25,611 nucleotides of DNA from a virus. Its lineage: Duplodnaviria; Caudoviricetes. Made by a program: the position numbers and the translations under genes. The notes below the pieces were generated by a model. The model saw only the letters and a program-made list of their open reading frames with translations, did no database searches and was not told the DNA's origin. The stretch spans positions 1-25,611 of IMG/VR virus record IMGVR_UViG_3300042934_000093. One strand, written 5' to 3'. This document shows positions 17,074 to 25,123 of this stretch, one piece after another (the first letter of the stretch is position 1; the number at the start of each line of letters is the position of its first letter).

Positions 17074-17603
17074 TAAAAAGTAACACAGGTTTAATTTACA
17101 AGCAGTTATCAAAGTATTATCTTGTAGGTAACCCTGACGCTGAAAGTGAAGCTTATTGGGCATTATACAGCGCCGCTAAAACATACAATGATTCTATGAA
17201 TGTTTTATTTAGTACATATGCTACTTGTTGCATATACAATGCATTAGGTTGCTACGTTCGTTCATTGCATAGGAAACGTCAGTTAGAAATAGTTTCGTAT
17301 AATGCAATAATATTCGATAATACAGAATACTCTGAAGTATTACCAGCAGATGAAACAACAGAGTCAACAGTGGTTAGAAAAGAAACTGTTAAGCTTACTA
17401 GACAAGCTATAGAAGATATTTTGAACAAAACATCTAATTGTAAGCATAAGCTCATTATACAAATATTTATTGCTAATGAGTACGATATAACTGCTACTGC
17501 TATTTCTAAACAGATTGGGGTATCACAATCATATGTTAGTCAAGCATTAGCAGAATTTAAGGCAAAGTTGAAAAAGAAAATGGAGGTATATTACAATGCT
17601 TGA
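17052..17603 (+). CDS. Phage-encoded sigma-70-family sigma factor, 183 aa
   Basis: Region 2 pattern N.GLIY...AL..AAKTY......FSTYA..CI.N; region 4 helix-turn-helix TAISKQIGVSQSYVSQ. Confidence 0.88.
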   Translation: MQEIDDIIKSNTGLIYKQLSKYYLVGNPDAESEAYWALYSAAKTYNDSMNVLFSTYATCCIYNALGCYVRSLHRKRQLEIVSYNAIIFDNTEYSEVLPADETTESTVVRKETVKLTRQAIEDILNKTSNCKHKLIIQIFIANEYDITATAISKQIGVSQSYVSQALAEFKAKLKKKMEVYYNA

Positions 17604-18927
17604 CTTGACGGGTATTATTACTAATGTAACTAATGCTAGTGGTAGTATAGATAAAACTAACATTTTATTACATCAAGTGAATAATAAGGCATTGAAAGCG
17701 GTACTTAAATTTATTTATGATCCATATAATAAGTGCTGTATTGGTAATAACAAGTTAGTGAAAGCGCTAAATAGAGTACAAGCAGGTAATGGAGTTACTG
17801 ACCCGTTACAGGTTATAAAGTACCTTACACAAAACAATACTGGGTCAGATTTTGCTACTAATTATGCAGCAGGTTTCATTAGAAGTATTGATGAACTTTA
17901 TAACGATGAGGCAGCTACAAAACTGGCAATATCTATTGTTACTCAAGATTTAAAGATGGGCATAGCTACAAAATCTTTAAACAACATTTTCGGAGATGAC
18001 TTCATACCAACAGTTGGTTGCATGCTTGGTACATTATATGCAGACGTATCTAGACCAAATTGGCCCTGTATTATTACGGAAAAATTGGATGGTATACGTC
18101 GTATATTAATTAAGAAAAATGGTGTGGCCAAAATGTTCAGTAGGTCTGGACACGAAGATATCGGGTGCGTAGATATTCTTGCTGAAGCAAAGCATTTACC
18201 AGATAATTATGTATATGACGGTGAGCTGCTGGCAATTGGTACATTCAAAGATAATATTGAATGGCGTCAGGCTACTAGCAGTATTGCTAATAGTAAGGGT
18301 ATTAAGCATGAGTTAACCTTTAATATCTTTGATATGATACCTGTTGATGAATTTTACGCAGGCCGTTCAAAACAAACTGCGCTAAGTCGCAAGATTTTAC
18401 TTGGTATTAATCTTGGTGACGAATCTACACGCTTGCTAACACCTGACTATGCTACCTTGCTAATAGCTTATGACTTGGAATATAAGTTTGAGTTTATAAA
18501 GCCTGTACCTATTTTAGGCGTAGCAAATAACATGGATGAAGTAACACCAATTGTAGATGCTATTTGGAAAGTACACGGCGAAGGTGTTATGCTTAACTAT
18601 GTACATGGCTTCTATGAAATTAAGCGTTCTAAGGACTTAATGAAAGTTAAGTTTTCTAAAGAAGTTGTACTGCACATTGTAGGTTTTTCAGAAGGTAATA
18701 ATAGCTTGGAAGATAGCTTAGGCTCATTCTTTGTCGAGTACAAGGGTGCAACTGTTAAAGTAAGCGGACAGCTTACAAGAGAAAGACGGCAGGAAATATG
18801 GAATAACCAAAATGCATACTTAGGCAAAAAAATTGAAATAGAAACTTTTGGCGAGTCTAAAAATCAAGCTGGAGGCATTTCACTTAACTGTCCTATCTTT
18901 AAAAGATTTGTAGGGGAGGATGACTAA
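17596..18927 (+). CDS. ATP-dependent DNA ligase, 443 aa
   Basis: EKLDGIR (motif I), YDGEL (III), FNIFD (IIIa), EGVML (IV), MKVK (V), OB domain ending CPIFKRF; GGAGGT ribosome site. Confidence 0.95.
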   Translation: MLDLTGIITNVTNASGSIDKTNILLHQVNNKALKAVLKFIYDPYNKCCIGNNKLVKALNRVQAGNGVTDPLQVIKYLTQNNTGSDFATNYAAGFIRSIDELYNDEAATKLAISIVTQDLKMGIATKSLNNIFGDDFIPTVGCMLGTLYADVSRPNWPCIITEKLDGIRRILIKKNGVAKMFSRSGHEDIGCVDILAEAKHLPDNYVYDGELLAIGTFKDNIEWRQATSSIANSKGIKHELTFNIFDMIPVDEFYAGRSKQTALSRKILLGINLGDESTRLLTPDYATLLIAYDLEYKFEFIKPVPILGVANNMDEVTPIVDAIWKVHGEGVMLNYVHGFYEIKRSKDLMKVKFSKEVVLHIVGFSEGNNSLEDSLGSFFVEYKGATVKVSGQLTRERRQEIWNNQNAYLGKKIEIETFGESKNQAGGISLNCPIFKRFVGEDD

Positions 18928-19082
18928 TGATAATTGTAACTAGAATATTATTAATTACTCTTTTGTTTTGGTTCTTATTAGGCACCGTTGGCGCTAAGAC
19001 TAATCTTGATAAAATACTTGATAGAATAATGGTATTGCTTATGTTAGCATTATTCATCTTAACAGGAGGTATTTTATTATGA
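18927..19082 (+). CDS. Small two-transmembrane protein, 51 aa (not in ORF track)
   Basis: GGGGAGG ribosome site; TAATG overlap with the ligase and ATGA overlap with RNase H. MIIVTRILLITLLFWFLLGTVGAKTNLDKILDRIMVLLMLALFILTGGILL*. Confidence 0.8.
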   Translation: MIIVTRILLITLLFWFLLGTVGAKTNLDKILDRIMVLLMLALFILTGGILL

Positions 19083-19720
19083 TACAAATAGCAATTGATG
19101 GTGCCAGTAAAAATAATGGTAAGCCAGGATGCATTGCAAGCGGCGGCGCTGCGATACGCGTTGATAAGGACTGGTATATAAGGTCGCACGTAGAACATGA
19201 ATCTACAAGTCAGCGGGGTGAAATGCATGCCTTAAGAGAGGCATTGCAATTTTGCATAGATATTGAAACAACAGATGACATTCAGATAGTAACAGATTCT
19301 GAATATATATTTAATACCATAACAAAAGAATGGTATAAAGGCTGGGAAAGTCGAGGCTGGCGTACTTCTTTAGGTGATCCTGTTAAGAACAAAGAACTTT
19401 GGCAGCATATTATTAAGCTTTATAATGATTGCGCTACACCACCTTTGCTCTACCACATAAAGGGTCATATATTACCAGATGGTGGCGATTCAGTTATGAG
19501 ACAACTCGGCGCTGAGGGGCCGAGTTGTGTATTTGAGTTATTTTATGACAAGTTCAGTTTATTTAGAAAGAGTAAACAAGAACAAATAATTAAGGCACAA
19601 GAGCTGTCATTAACAAACAATGGTTTCATGTTAGAGGAAGATATCTTCAGAACCTTTGTAGCTCTTAATAGTGTAGCTGACAGAATAGCTGTTCGCGCAC
19701 TTATAGAACATATTTATTAA
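19079..19720 (+). CDS. rnhA: Ribonuclease HI, 213 aa
   Basis: IDGA, TSQRGE, TDSEY, W...GW......PVKN.ELW, HIKGH and N..AD..A motifs; AGGAGGT ribosome site. Confidence 0.92.
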   Translation: MIQIAIDGASKNNGKPGCIASGGAAIRVDKDWYIRSHVEHESTSQRGEMHALREALQFCIDIETTDDIQIVTDSEYIFNTITKEWYKGWESRGWRTSLGDPVKNKELWQHIIKLYNDCATPPLLYHIKGHILPDGGDSVMRQLGAEGPSCVFELFYDKFSLFRKSKQEQIIKAQELSLTNNGFMLEEDIFRTFVALNSVADRIAVRALIEHIY

Positions 19721-19735
19721 TCAGGAGGATTAGTT

Positions 19736-20533
19736 ATGAGCAAAGAAGAGAAAGTAATAGCAGAAGAAAAGGTGTTAGCACCTGAAGAAGACAAAGCATT
19801 TGAAAAAGAAACAACTGATGTTTCTACCAAGGTAGAGGCCCCTATGGGATTTGAGGATGAAGAATCCGGTGATATGATAATCCCTAGAGTTAAAGTTATT
19901 AATGCTTTAAGCCCTGAGAAAAAGGACAAAAAGGCCGAAGAAGGTGACATAATTAATTCGCTTACACTTGAGAAACTTAACGGTAAGAAATTCATTCCGA
20001 TCTTTAAATTTAACAACAATATCCTGTGGAGGCCACGTAATGAAGGCGGTGGCATTATGTGTATAGCTAGAGACGGTAAGTGTGGTAAAGTGTCCGATGG
20101 TACAACGCTTATCTGCGCCGCGTGCCGTAAGAATGAGTTTGACAATACAAAAACCGGAACTGATGCACTGCCTAAATGTACTAAGTACATAAACTTCTTT
20201 GGTAAGTTTGAAGGTGATAATATGCCTATAGTACTTAGTTTTGCAAAGACTAACTATGCAGAGGGTAAAAAGTTATTTAGCCTTGCAAAGGTTACAATGC
20301 AGAATATGTGGCATTTTGGCTACTCTTTAAATTCCAAACTTTTAGCTAAGAATGGAAATGAATGGTACAATATGGTTACTGCGTCTGCAGGCCCCGTATC
20401 TGAAGAAGAAAGAGAATTTTGTAAAGCTTTGTATCAGCAGTTTAGATCTATGAATAACTTTAACTTTGATGTTGAAGAGACTACATCTGATATGCAGGCA
20501 GCACCTGTAGATACAAGTAATACAGAATATTAA
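19736..20533 (+). CDS. Putative single-stranded DNA-binding/replication accessory protein with a Cys cluster, 265 aa
   Basis: AGGAGG ribosome site. GFE...GD..IPRVK....LSP motif, CAAC and further Cys, acidic C-terminal tail ending in an aromatic residue; precedes the primase-helicase. Confidence 0.5.
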   Translation: MSKEEKVIAEEKVLAPEEDKAFEKETTDVSTKVEAPMGFEDEESGDMIIPRVKVINALSPEKKDKKAEEGDIINSLTLEKLNGKKFIPIFKFNNNILWRPRNEGGGIMCIARDGKCGKVSDGTTLICAACRKNEFDNTKTGTDALPKCTKYINFFGKFEGDNMPIVLSFAKTNYAEGKKLFSLAKVTMQNMWHFGYSLNSKLLAKNGNEWYNMVTASAGPVSEEEREFCKALYQQFRSMNNFNFDVEETTSDMQAAPVDTSNTEY

Positions 20534-20554
20534 TAACTTGAGAGGGGTACGTCC

Positions 20555-23515
20555 ATGAAGTGGCCGGACTATACAAATCGTATATTAGCTGAGATAGATG
20601 TAGAGAGCTACTATCTTAATGAGCTTAAAAATGTTCAACGTAATGGACACGAAATAAAAGCCGAATGCCCGTTTTTAGAACTACACGAAGGTAAGAAGGA
20701 TGTAAACCCCTCTCTAACTGTGAACTTAACTAAAGGTGTATATTACTGTAATACTTGTCATTCAAAAGGAAATGTACATACTATGTATAGACATTTAAAT
20801 GGCAAGCATAAAGAAGAAGCCTGGTTTGATTTAGGTGATGCTCTTGAAATACCAAGACCAGATGGATCAAAACCTACAAGACCCGAAATAGATACGGGTC
20901 TTGTATCTCACTATCATAGTAAGCTGATGAACTTAACAGGGCCTATAAGGGAAGTGTTAAGAGAGAGAAGAGGCTTAACTGATGAAACACTTAAGTCAGC
21001 ACAGTTAGGGTGGGATGATGAAAGAGTAACAATCCCTGTATATAATGAGTATAATGAGCTTGTTAATTTTAGACGTTATAAATGGAACTCAGATGATGGA
21101 AAATATAAAGTAATAAACTACAACGATGAGTTTAATAATACCTATGGTGAAGTACGTATATTTGGTATTGATAAAGTTCTGGATGATTCTTTACCTTATA
21201 TAATTTGGTCAGAAGGTGAAATGGATAAGTTAATATCTGATCAACATAACTTTCCTACAGCGTGCCCTACAAGTGGCGCGGGCACCTGGAAGCCAGAATG
21301 GACCAAGTTATTCAGACATAAGAAAAAAGTTTATTTAGCACAAGATAATGATGAAGCTGGTAAGATAGCTACAGCTAAATTAGCTGAGTTATTATATAGG
21401 GTTGTAGATGTATACGTTATTAATTGGCCAGAAGATTTCTTACTAAAGGGCGACATAACAGATTTTTATGTTACATGCGGTAAAACATCTGAAGATTTTC
21501 AAAAGCTACTAGATGAAGCTACTCTATATGTAAGTGATAGTGGCGAGCAACGAGTAGACGAAAAAGATGTTATTGATGTACATCTATCAGATAGTGCTTC
21601 AGCTGACTATTATGGTAAAAGATTAGGCATCCCTGTTATGGTTTCAGGAAAAGACAATACACCTTACGTGTGTCCTAAAACAATTAAGTGTAACTGTGGT
21701 GAAGGAGCCGACGGAGAGTCTAAGCGATGTGCTAGATGCAATCTTGCTTTAAATGGTGGCGAATTAATACATACGTTTGGTTCAGCGACCCGCGACTTAA
21801 TGAAGCTTATAAGGTGTCGGGATGAGCAGCAATTATCAACTATCAAAGGTATATTAGGCATTAATCCAAAGTGTGAACAAGTAAAGATACAGATAACTGA
21901 TTATATGTCTATGGAAGAATTAAGACTTATACCAAAAGCAGAAGCCAACTTTGGTTTTGCAATGGATCATGAATATGTAGTTCGTAATGGATTCTACATA
22001 GGTGATAGTTTAAAAACTAATAAAAGATATATGCTATACGGTAGTATGTATCCTGACCCACACAATCAATATTCTAATTATGTTTTTGATAAGGCTTTAC
22101 CTGAAAAAGATCTTATAAGTGACTTCGAAGTAACAGAAGAAACATTAAGTTATCTACAATTGTTCCAGTGTAAGGAGGGACAAAGCATTGAAGACAAATT
22201 TAACGAAATTCACAGAGACCTCGAGCGTAATGTTACCTATGTATGGGAGCGGCGCGATGTCGCATTTGCGGTCGACCTCGTCTACCATACCGTACTTAAT
22301 TTCTATTTCCAAGGGCAGTTTGTTAAAAGAGGTTGGGGTGAGCTACTCATCATTGGCGACTCTGGCCAAGCAAAAACGACCTTGGTCGAGAGGCTTATGC
22401 ATCACTATGGACTGGGCGAAATGCACAGCGGCGAATCTTCTAAAAGAACCGGTCTTGTATACAACTTGCAGCAAAACAACAAGAGATGGTTTCTTGTATG
22501 GGGCGCTTACCCACTCAATGATGGAGGCTTGGTCACCATTGACGAACTCAGTGGTATTTCCGAAGACGATCTTGCAATCATGTCAGATGTTAGATCATCC
22601 GGTATCGCCAAAGTTACAGGTGTTATCACAGCTGAGACAACTGCTAGAACAAGAGCTATCTATATTAGTAATCCAAGAAATGGGCGACAGCTTAACTCAG
22701 AAACTTATGGCGTCAACGCTGTGCTTAAACTTTTCGGAAAAACAGAAGACGTACGCCGCCTCGACCTTGCCATGTCGGTGGCCTCGGGAGACATAGATGC
22801 TGATTTAATTAACAAAGATATAACAAAGATACCTGATGTACAACATATCTATACGCCAGAAGCTTGTAAGGCAAGAGTGTTATGGGCCTGGTCAAGAAGA
22901 CCTGATGATGTTGTTTTTACTCCAGAAGCTACTCAGGCTATTCTATCTGAAGCAACTACTATGGGTAATAAGTACACAAGTAAAGTACCTATTGTAGAAG
23001 CGGCTGATCAGAGAATAAAAATAGCTAGGCTTGCCGTTGCTTGTGCTTGCTGCGTGGCATCTACAGATGATGGTGAACATATTATAGTTACCCCTGACCA
23101 TGTAAAGTTTGTAGTTTCTTTTATGGACAAGATCTATAGCTCTAAGAGCTTTGGCTATGATAAGCTAAGTGAGCAGGAAAAATCTTCGTCAGATCAATCT
23201 GATGATAGCTTAAATAAGTTACGTATGCAGTTCTTAGCATTACCTGTTATAGACCTTAATGAAATGGCTAAGACACTATATCAACTTCCATACTTTAGTC
23301 GTGCAGCTTTAGAAGACTATACAGGCTTAGCAAGAGACGATCTAAAGCAACTGCTTAAGTTTATGACTACTAACTATCTTGTAGATAGAGTTAAAGGTGA
23401 TTATAGACGACTACCATTAGGCACAGCGTTGCTTGAGGACCTTGTTAATAGGCCTGCTAAAAAAGAAGAAGTAGACGCAGCTAGAAAAGCTATTTATGGA
23501 AAGGATGAATATTAA
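20555..23515 (+). CDS. DnaG-type primase (Zn finger + TOPRIM) fused to an MCM-like AAA+ helicase, 986 aa
   Basis: CPF..LH...CNTC zinc finger; EGEMD and DND TOPRIM acidic motifs; second Cys cluster; GDSGQAKT (Walker A), GAYPLNDGGLVTIDE (Walker B), ISNPRNG (sensor 1), RRLDL (arginine finger). Confidence 0.9.
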   Translation: MKWPDYTNRILAEIDVESYYLNELKNVQRNGHEIKAECPFLELHEGKKDVNPSLTVNLTKGVYYCNTCHSKGNVHTMYRHLNGKHKEEAWFDLGDALEIPRPDGSKPTRPEIDTGLVSHYHSKLMNLTGPIREVLRERRGLTDETLKSAQLGWDDERVTIPVYNEYNELVNFRRYKWNSDDGKYKVINYNDEFNNTYGEVRIFGIDKVLDDSLPYIIWSEGEMDKLISDQHNFPTACPTSGAGTWKPEWTKLFRHKKKVYLAQDNDEAGKIATAKLAELLYRVVDVYVINWPEDFLLKGDITDFYVTCGKTSEDFQKLLDEATLYVSDSGEQRVDEKDVIDVHLSDSASADYYGKRLGIPVMVSGKDNTPYVCPKTIKCNCGEGADGESKRCARCNLALNGGELIHTFGSATRDLMKLIRCRDEQQLSTIKGILGINPKCEQVKIQITDYMSMEELRLIPKAEANFGFAMDHEYVVRNGFYIGDSLKTNKRYMLYGSMYPDPHNQYSNYVFDKALPEKDLISDFEVTEETLSYLQLFQCKEGQSIEDKFNEIHRDLERNVTYVWERRDVAFAVDLVYHTVLNFYFQGQFVKRGWGELLIIGDSGQAKTTLVERLMHHYGLGEMHSGESSKRTGLVYNLQQNNKRWFLVWGAYPLNDGGLVTIDELSGISEDDLAIMSDVRSSGIAKVTGVITAETTARTRAIYISNPRNGRQLNSETYGVNAVLKLFGKTEDVRRLDLAMSVASGDIDADLINKDITKIPDVQHIYTPEACKARVLWAWSRRPDDVVFTPEATQAILSEATTMGNKYTSKVPIVEAADQRIKIARLAVACACCVASTDDGEHIIVTPDHVKFVVSFMDKIYSSKSFGYDKLSEQEKSSSDQSDDSLNKLRMQFLALPVIDLNEMAKTLYQLPYFSRAALEDYTGLARDDLKQLLKFMTTNYLVDRVKGDYRRLPLGTALLEDLVNRPAKKEEVDAARKAIYGKDEY

Positions 23516-23712
23516 TGCCTAAAAGTTACGAAGAAATAACAGATTCTGATCCTGAAAGTTTATGTAAGTATTGCTTACAAACTGATAGAGGAGAGCATGC
23601 TTTTTCACAAACACCAAATGGCTACTGGGCCTGTGAAGGTCGTTGGTGCAAAGACGCTTATGAAACATACTTAGAAGAATATGAGGAGGAAGACAAAAAT
23701 GAAGAGCACTAA
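23515..23712 (+). CDS. Small Cys-rich acidic protein, 65 aa
   Basis: TAATG overlap with the helicase stop; AAAGGA ribosome site; CKYC...CEGRWC. Confidence 0.75.
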   Translation: MPKSYEEITDSDPESLCKYCLQTDRGEHAFSQTPNGYWACEGRWCKDAYETYLEEYEEEDKNEEH

Positions 23713-23986
23713 TAGTTGTGAAGACAACGAAGTAAGATTTTATCTACGTGCAGTTAAAGAGGCTATGGAAGTTACAAAGCCGTATAATGAGGATGATGTT
23801 GTACAAGCGCCTTTTATACCAAAGTATCTTATTACTGCGATTAAGTTACCTACAGGTGCTATTGAAGTAACTGTTAACAATGAAAACATTGGTGCAAAGA
23901 TTGATTATATACTCGATGCTTACAATGATGATATGCAACTGAAAACCAATACAAACGTTGTTATGCAAAACATAATGATTGTATAA
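23699..23986 (+). CDS. Hypothetical protein (95 aa from ATG 23699)
   Basis: GAGGAGG at 23683-23689 favours ATG 23699 over 23681. LP.GAIE....N.....KIDY...AY..D..LK.N motif. Confidence 0.75.
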   Translation: MKSTNSCEDNEVRFYLRAVKEAMEVTKPYNEDDVVQAPFIPKYLITAIKLPTGAIEVTVNNENIGAKIDYILDAYNDDMQLKTNTNVVMQNIMIV

Positions 23987-24094
23987 CAGCGACACGGAGC
24001 CGTTTATCGTCAGCTATTAGCTGTATACGAGAGGAATGCAAGTATTTAGGAGCGGTAATCCTGGTAGGGGCGGCCAGGTATAGAAAGGGTATGT

Positions 24095-25123
24095 ATGTTA
24101 ACGAGAGATTTAATGGATAGACTACCTAACTGTAGATTAGTTTCTACAGTTAAACAAGAAGAAGATGAGGCAGCTTGGTTAGCAACACGAACCAAGGGTC
24201 TCGGGGGATCAGATGTTGGTGCCATATGTGGTGTAAGTCCCTTTACTTCTGCTAAACAAATTTACTTTAAAAAGACTGGACAGTATGAAGACTTACTTAA
24301 TCCCGGCACCGCCTCAAAAGAGCGCATGCATTTTGGACATATGCTTGAACCCGTCGTTGCTAATGAGTATGCTCAACGAACAGGTAGCAAGTTAATAGAT
24401 ATGAATTGTACTGTATGCCATAAAGACTACCCATGGGCCTTGGCTAACATAGATAGGCTTATTGTAGAAGAAGTTATGGCAGAAAATGGTACTATAATTG
24501 ATAAACCTATAGGTATACTGGAGTGTAAAACTACAGGTGAATATAATAACGAGGAGTGGGAAAATGGCGAAATACTTGGATCATATCTCTACCAACTCAA
24601 CTGGTACCTATGGATACTTGGGTTGGAACACGGTGTATTTGCGTGTTTGGTTGGCGGCAACAAATTCTACCACTATGACGTCTACCGCGATGATTCTCTA
24701 CTCACCAATACTATTATACCACAGTCAGAATATTTCTGGTACAAAAATGTATTAGAGCTTGTTGAGCCTGAGATGCAATCTGTAGATTCAGAATTTGTAA
24801 AAGCAATGCATCCTGATTGTGATCTTGGCTCAGAGATTACATTTCTTGAGGAGCATATTAATGGTCTTGTAGAAACAATTGTAGATTGTAAAGCAAAGAT
24901 CAAGGAACTTAAGAAGATTCAGGATGAAGCAGAGAATAGGTTTAAGGATAAGCTCGGTAGACATGAGATAGGCTATACTCAGGACTATACTGTTAAGTGG
25001 TCGCCTCAAACGCAAATGAGGGTAGATACTGACTTGTTGAAGACGACATTTCCAGAGATATACGATAAAGTTAAAAAGCCTACCAAGTTTAGAAAAATGA
25101 GTATTAAAGGCGGCGCGCTATGA
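24095..25123 (+). CDS. YqaJ-like (lambda-exonuclease family) recombination nuclease, 342 aa
   Basis: WL..R..GLGGSD...ICGVSPF, FGH.LEP, ANIDR, LECKT and YQLNWY motifs; GAAAGGG ribosome site. Confidence 0.93.
   Translation: MLTRDLMDRLPNCRLVSTVKQEEDEAAWLATRTKGLGGSDVGAICGVSPFTSAKQIYFKKTGQYEDLLNPGTASKERMHFGHMLEPVVANEYAQRTGSKLIDMNCTVCHKDYPWALANIDRLIVEEVMAENGTIIDKPIGILECKTTGEYNNEEWENGEILGSYLYQLNWYLWILGLEHGVFACLVGGNKFYHYDVYRDDSLLTNTIIPQSEYFWYKNVLELVEPEMQSVDSEFVKAMHPDCDLGSEITFLEEHINGLVETIVDCKAKIKELKKIQDEAENRFKDKLGRHEIGYTQDYTVKWSPQTQMRVDTDLLKTTFPEIYDKVKKPTKFRKMSIKGGAL

Noticed and set aside
22350-22800. Intein in the MCM-like domain
   Set aside because: Walker A, Walker B, sensor 1 and arginine finger have normal compact spacing and no splicing motifs.
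13650-25015. Remaining short minus-strand ORFs in the track (e.g. 13650-13865, 18899-19228, 19717-20190)
   Set aside because: They overlap well-supported + strand genes or repeats, and I saw no ribosome sites or domain signatures for them.
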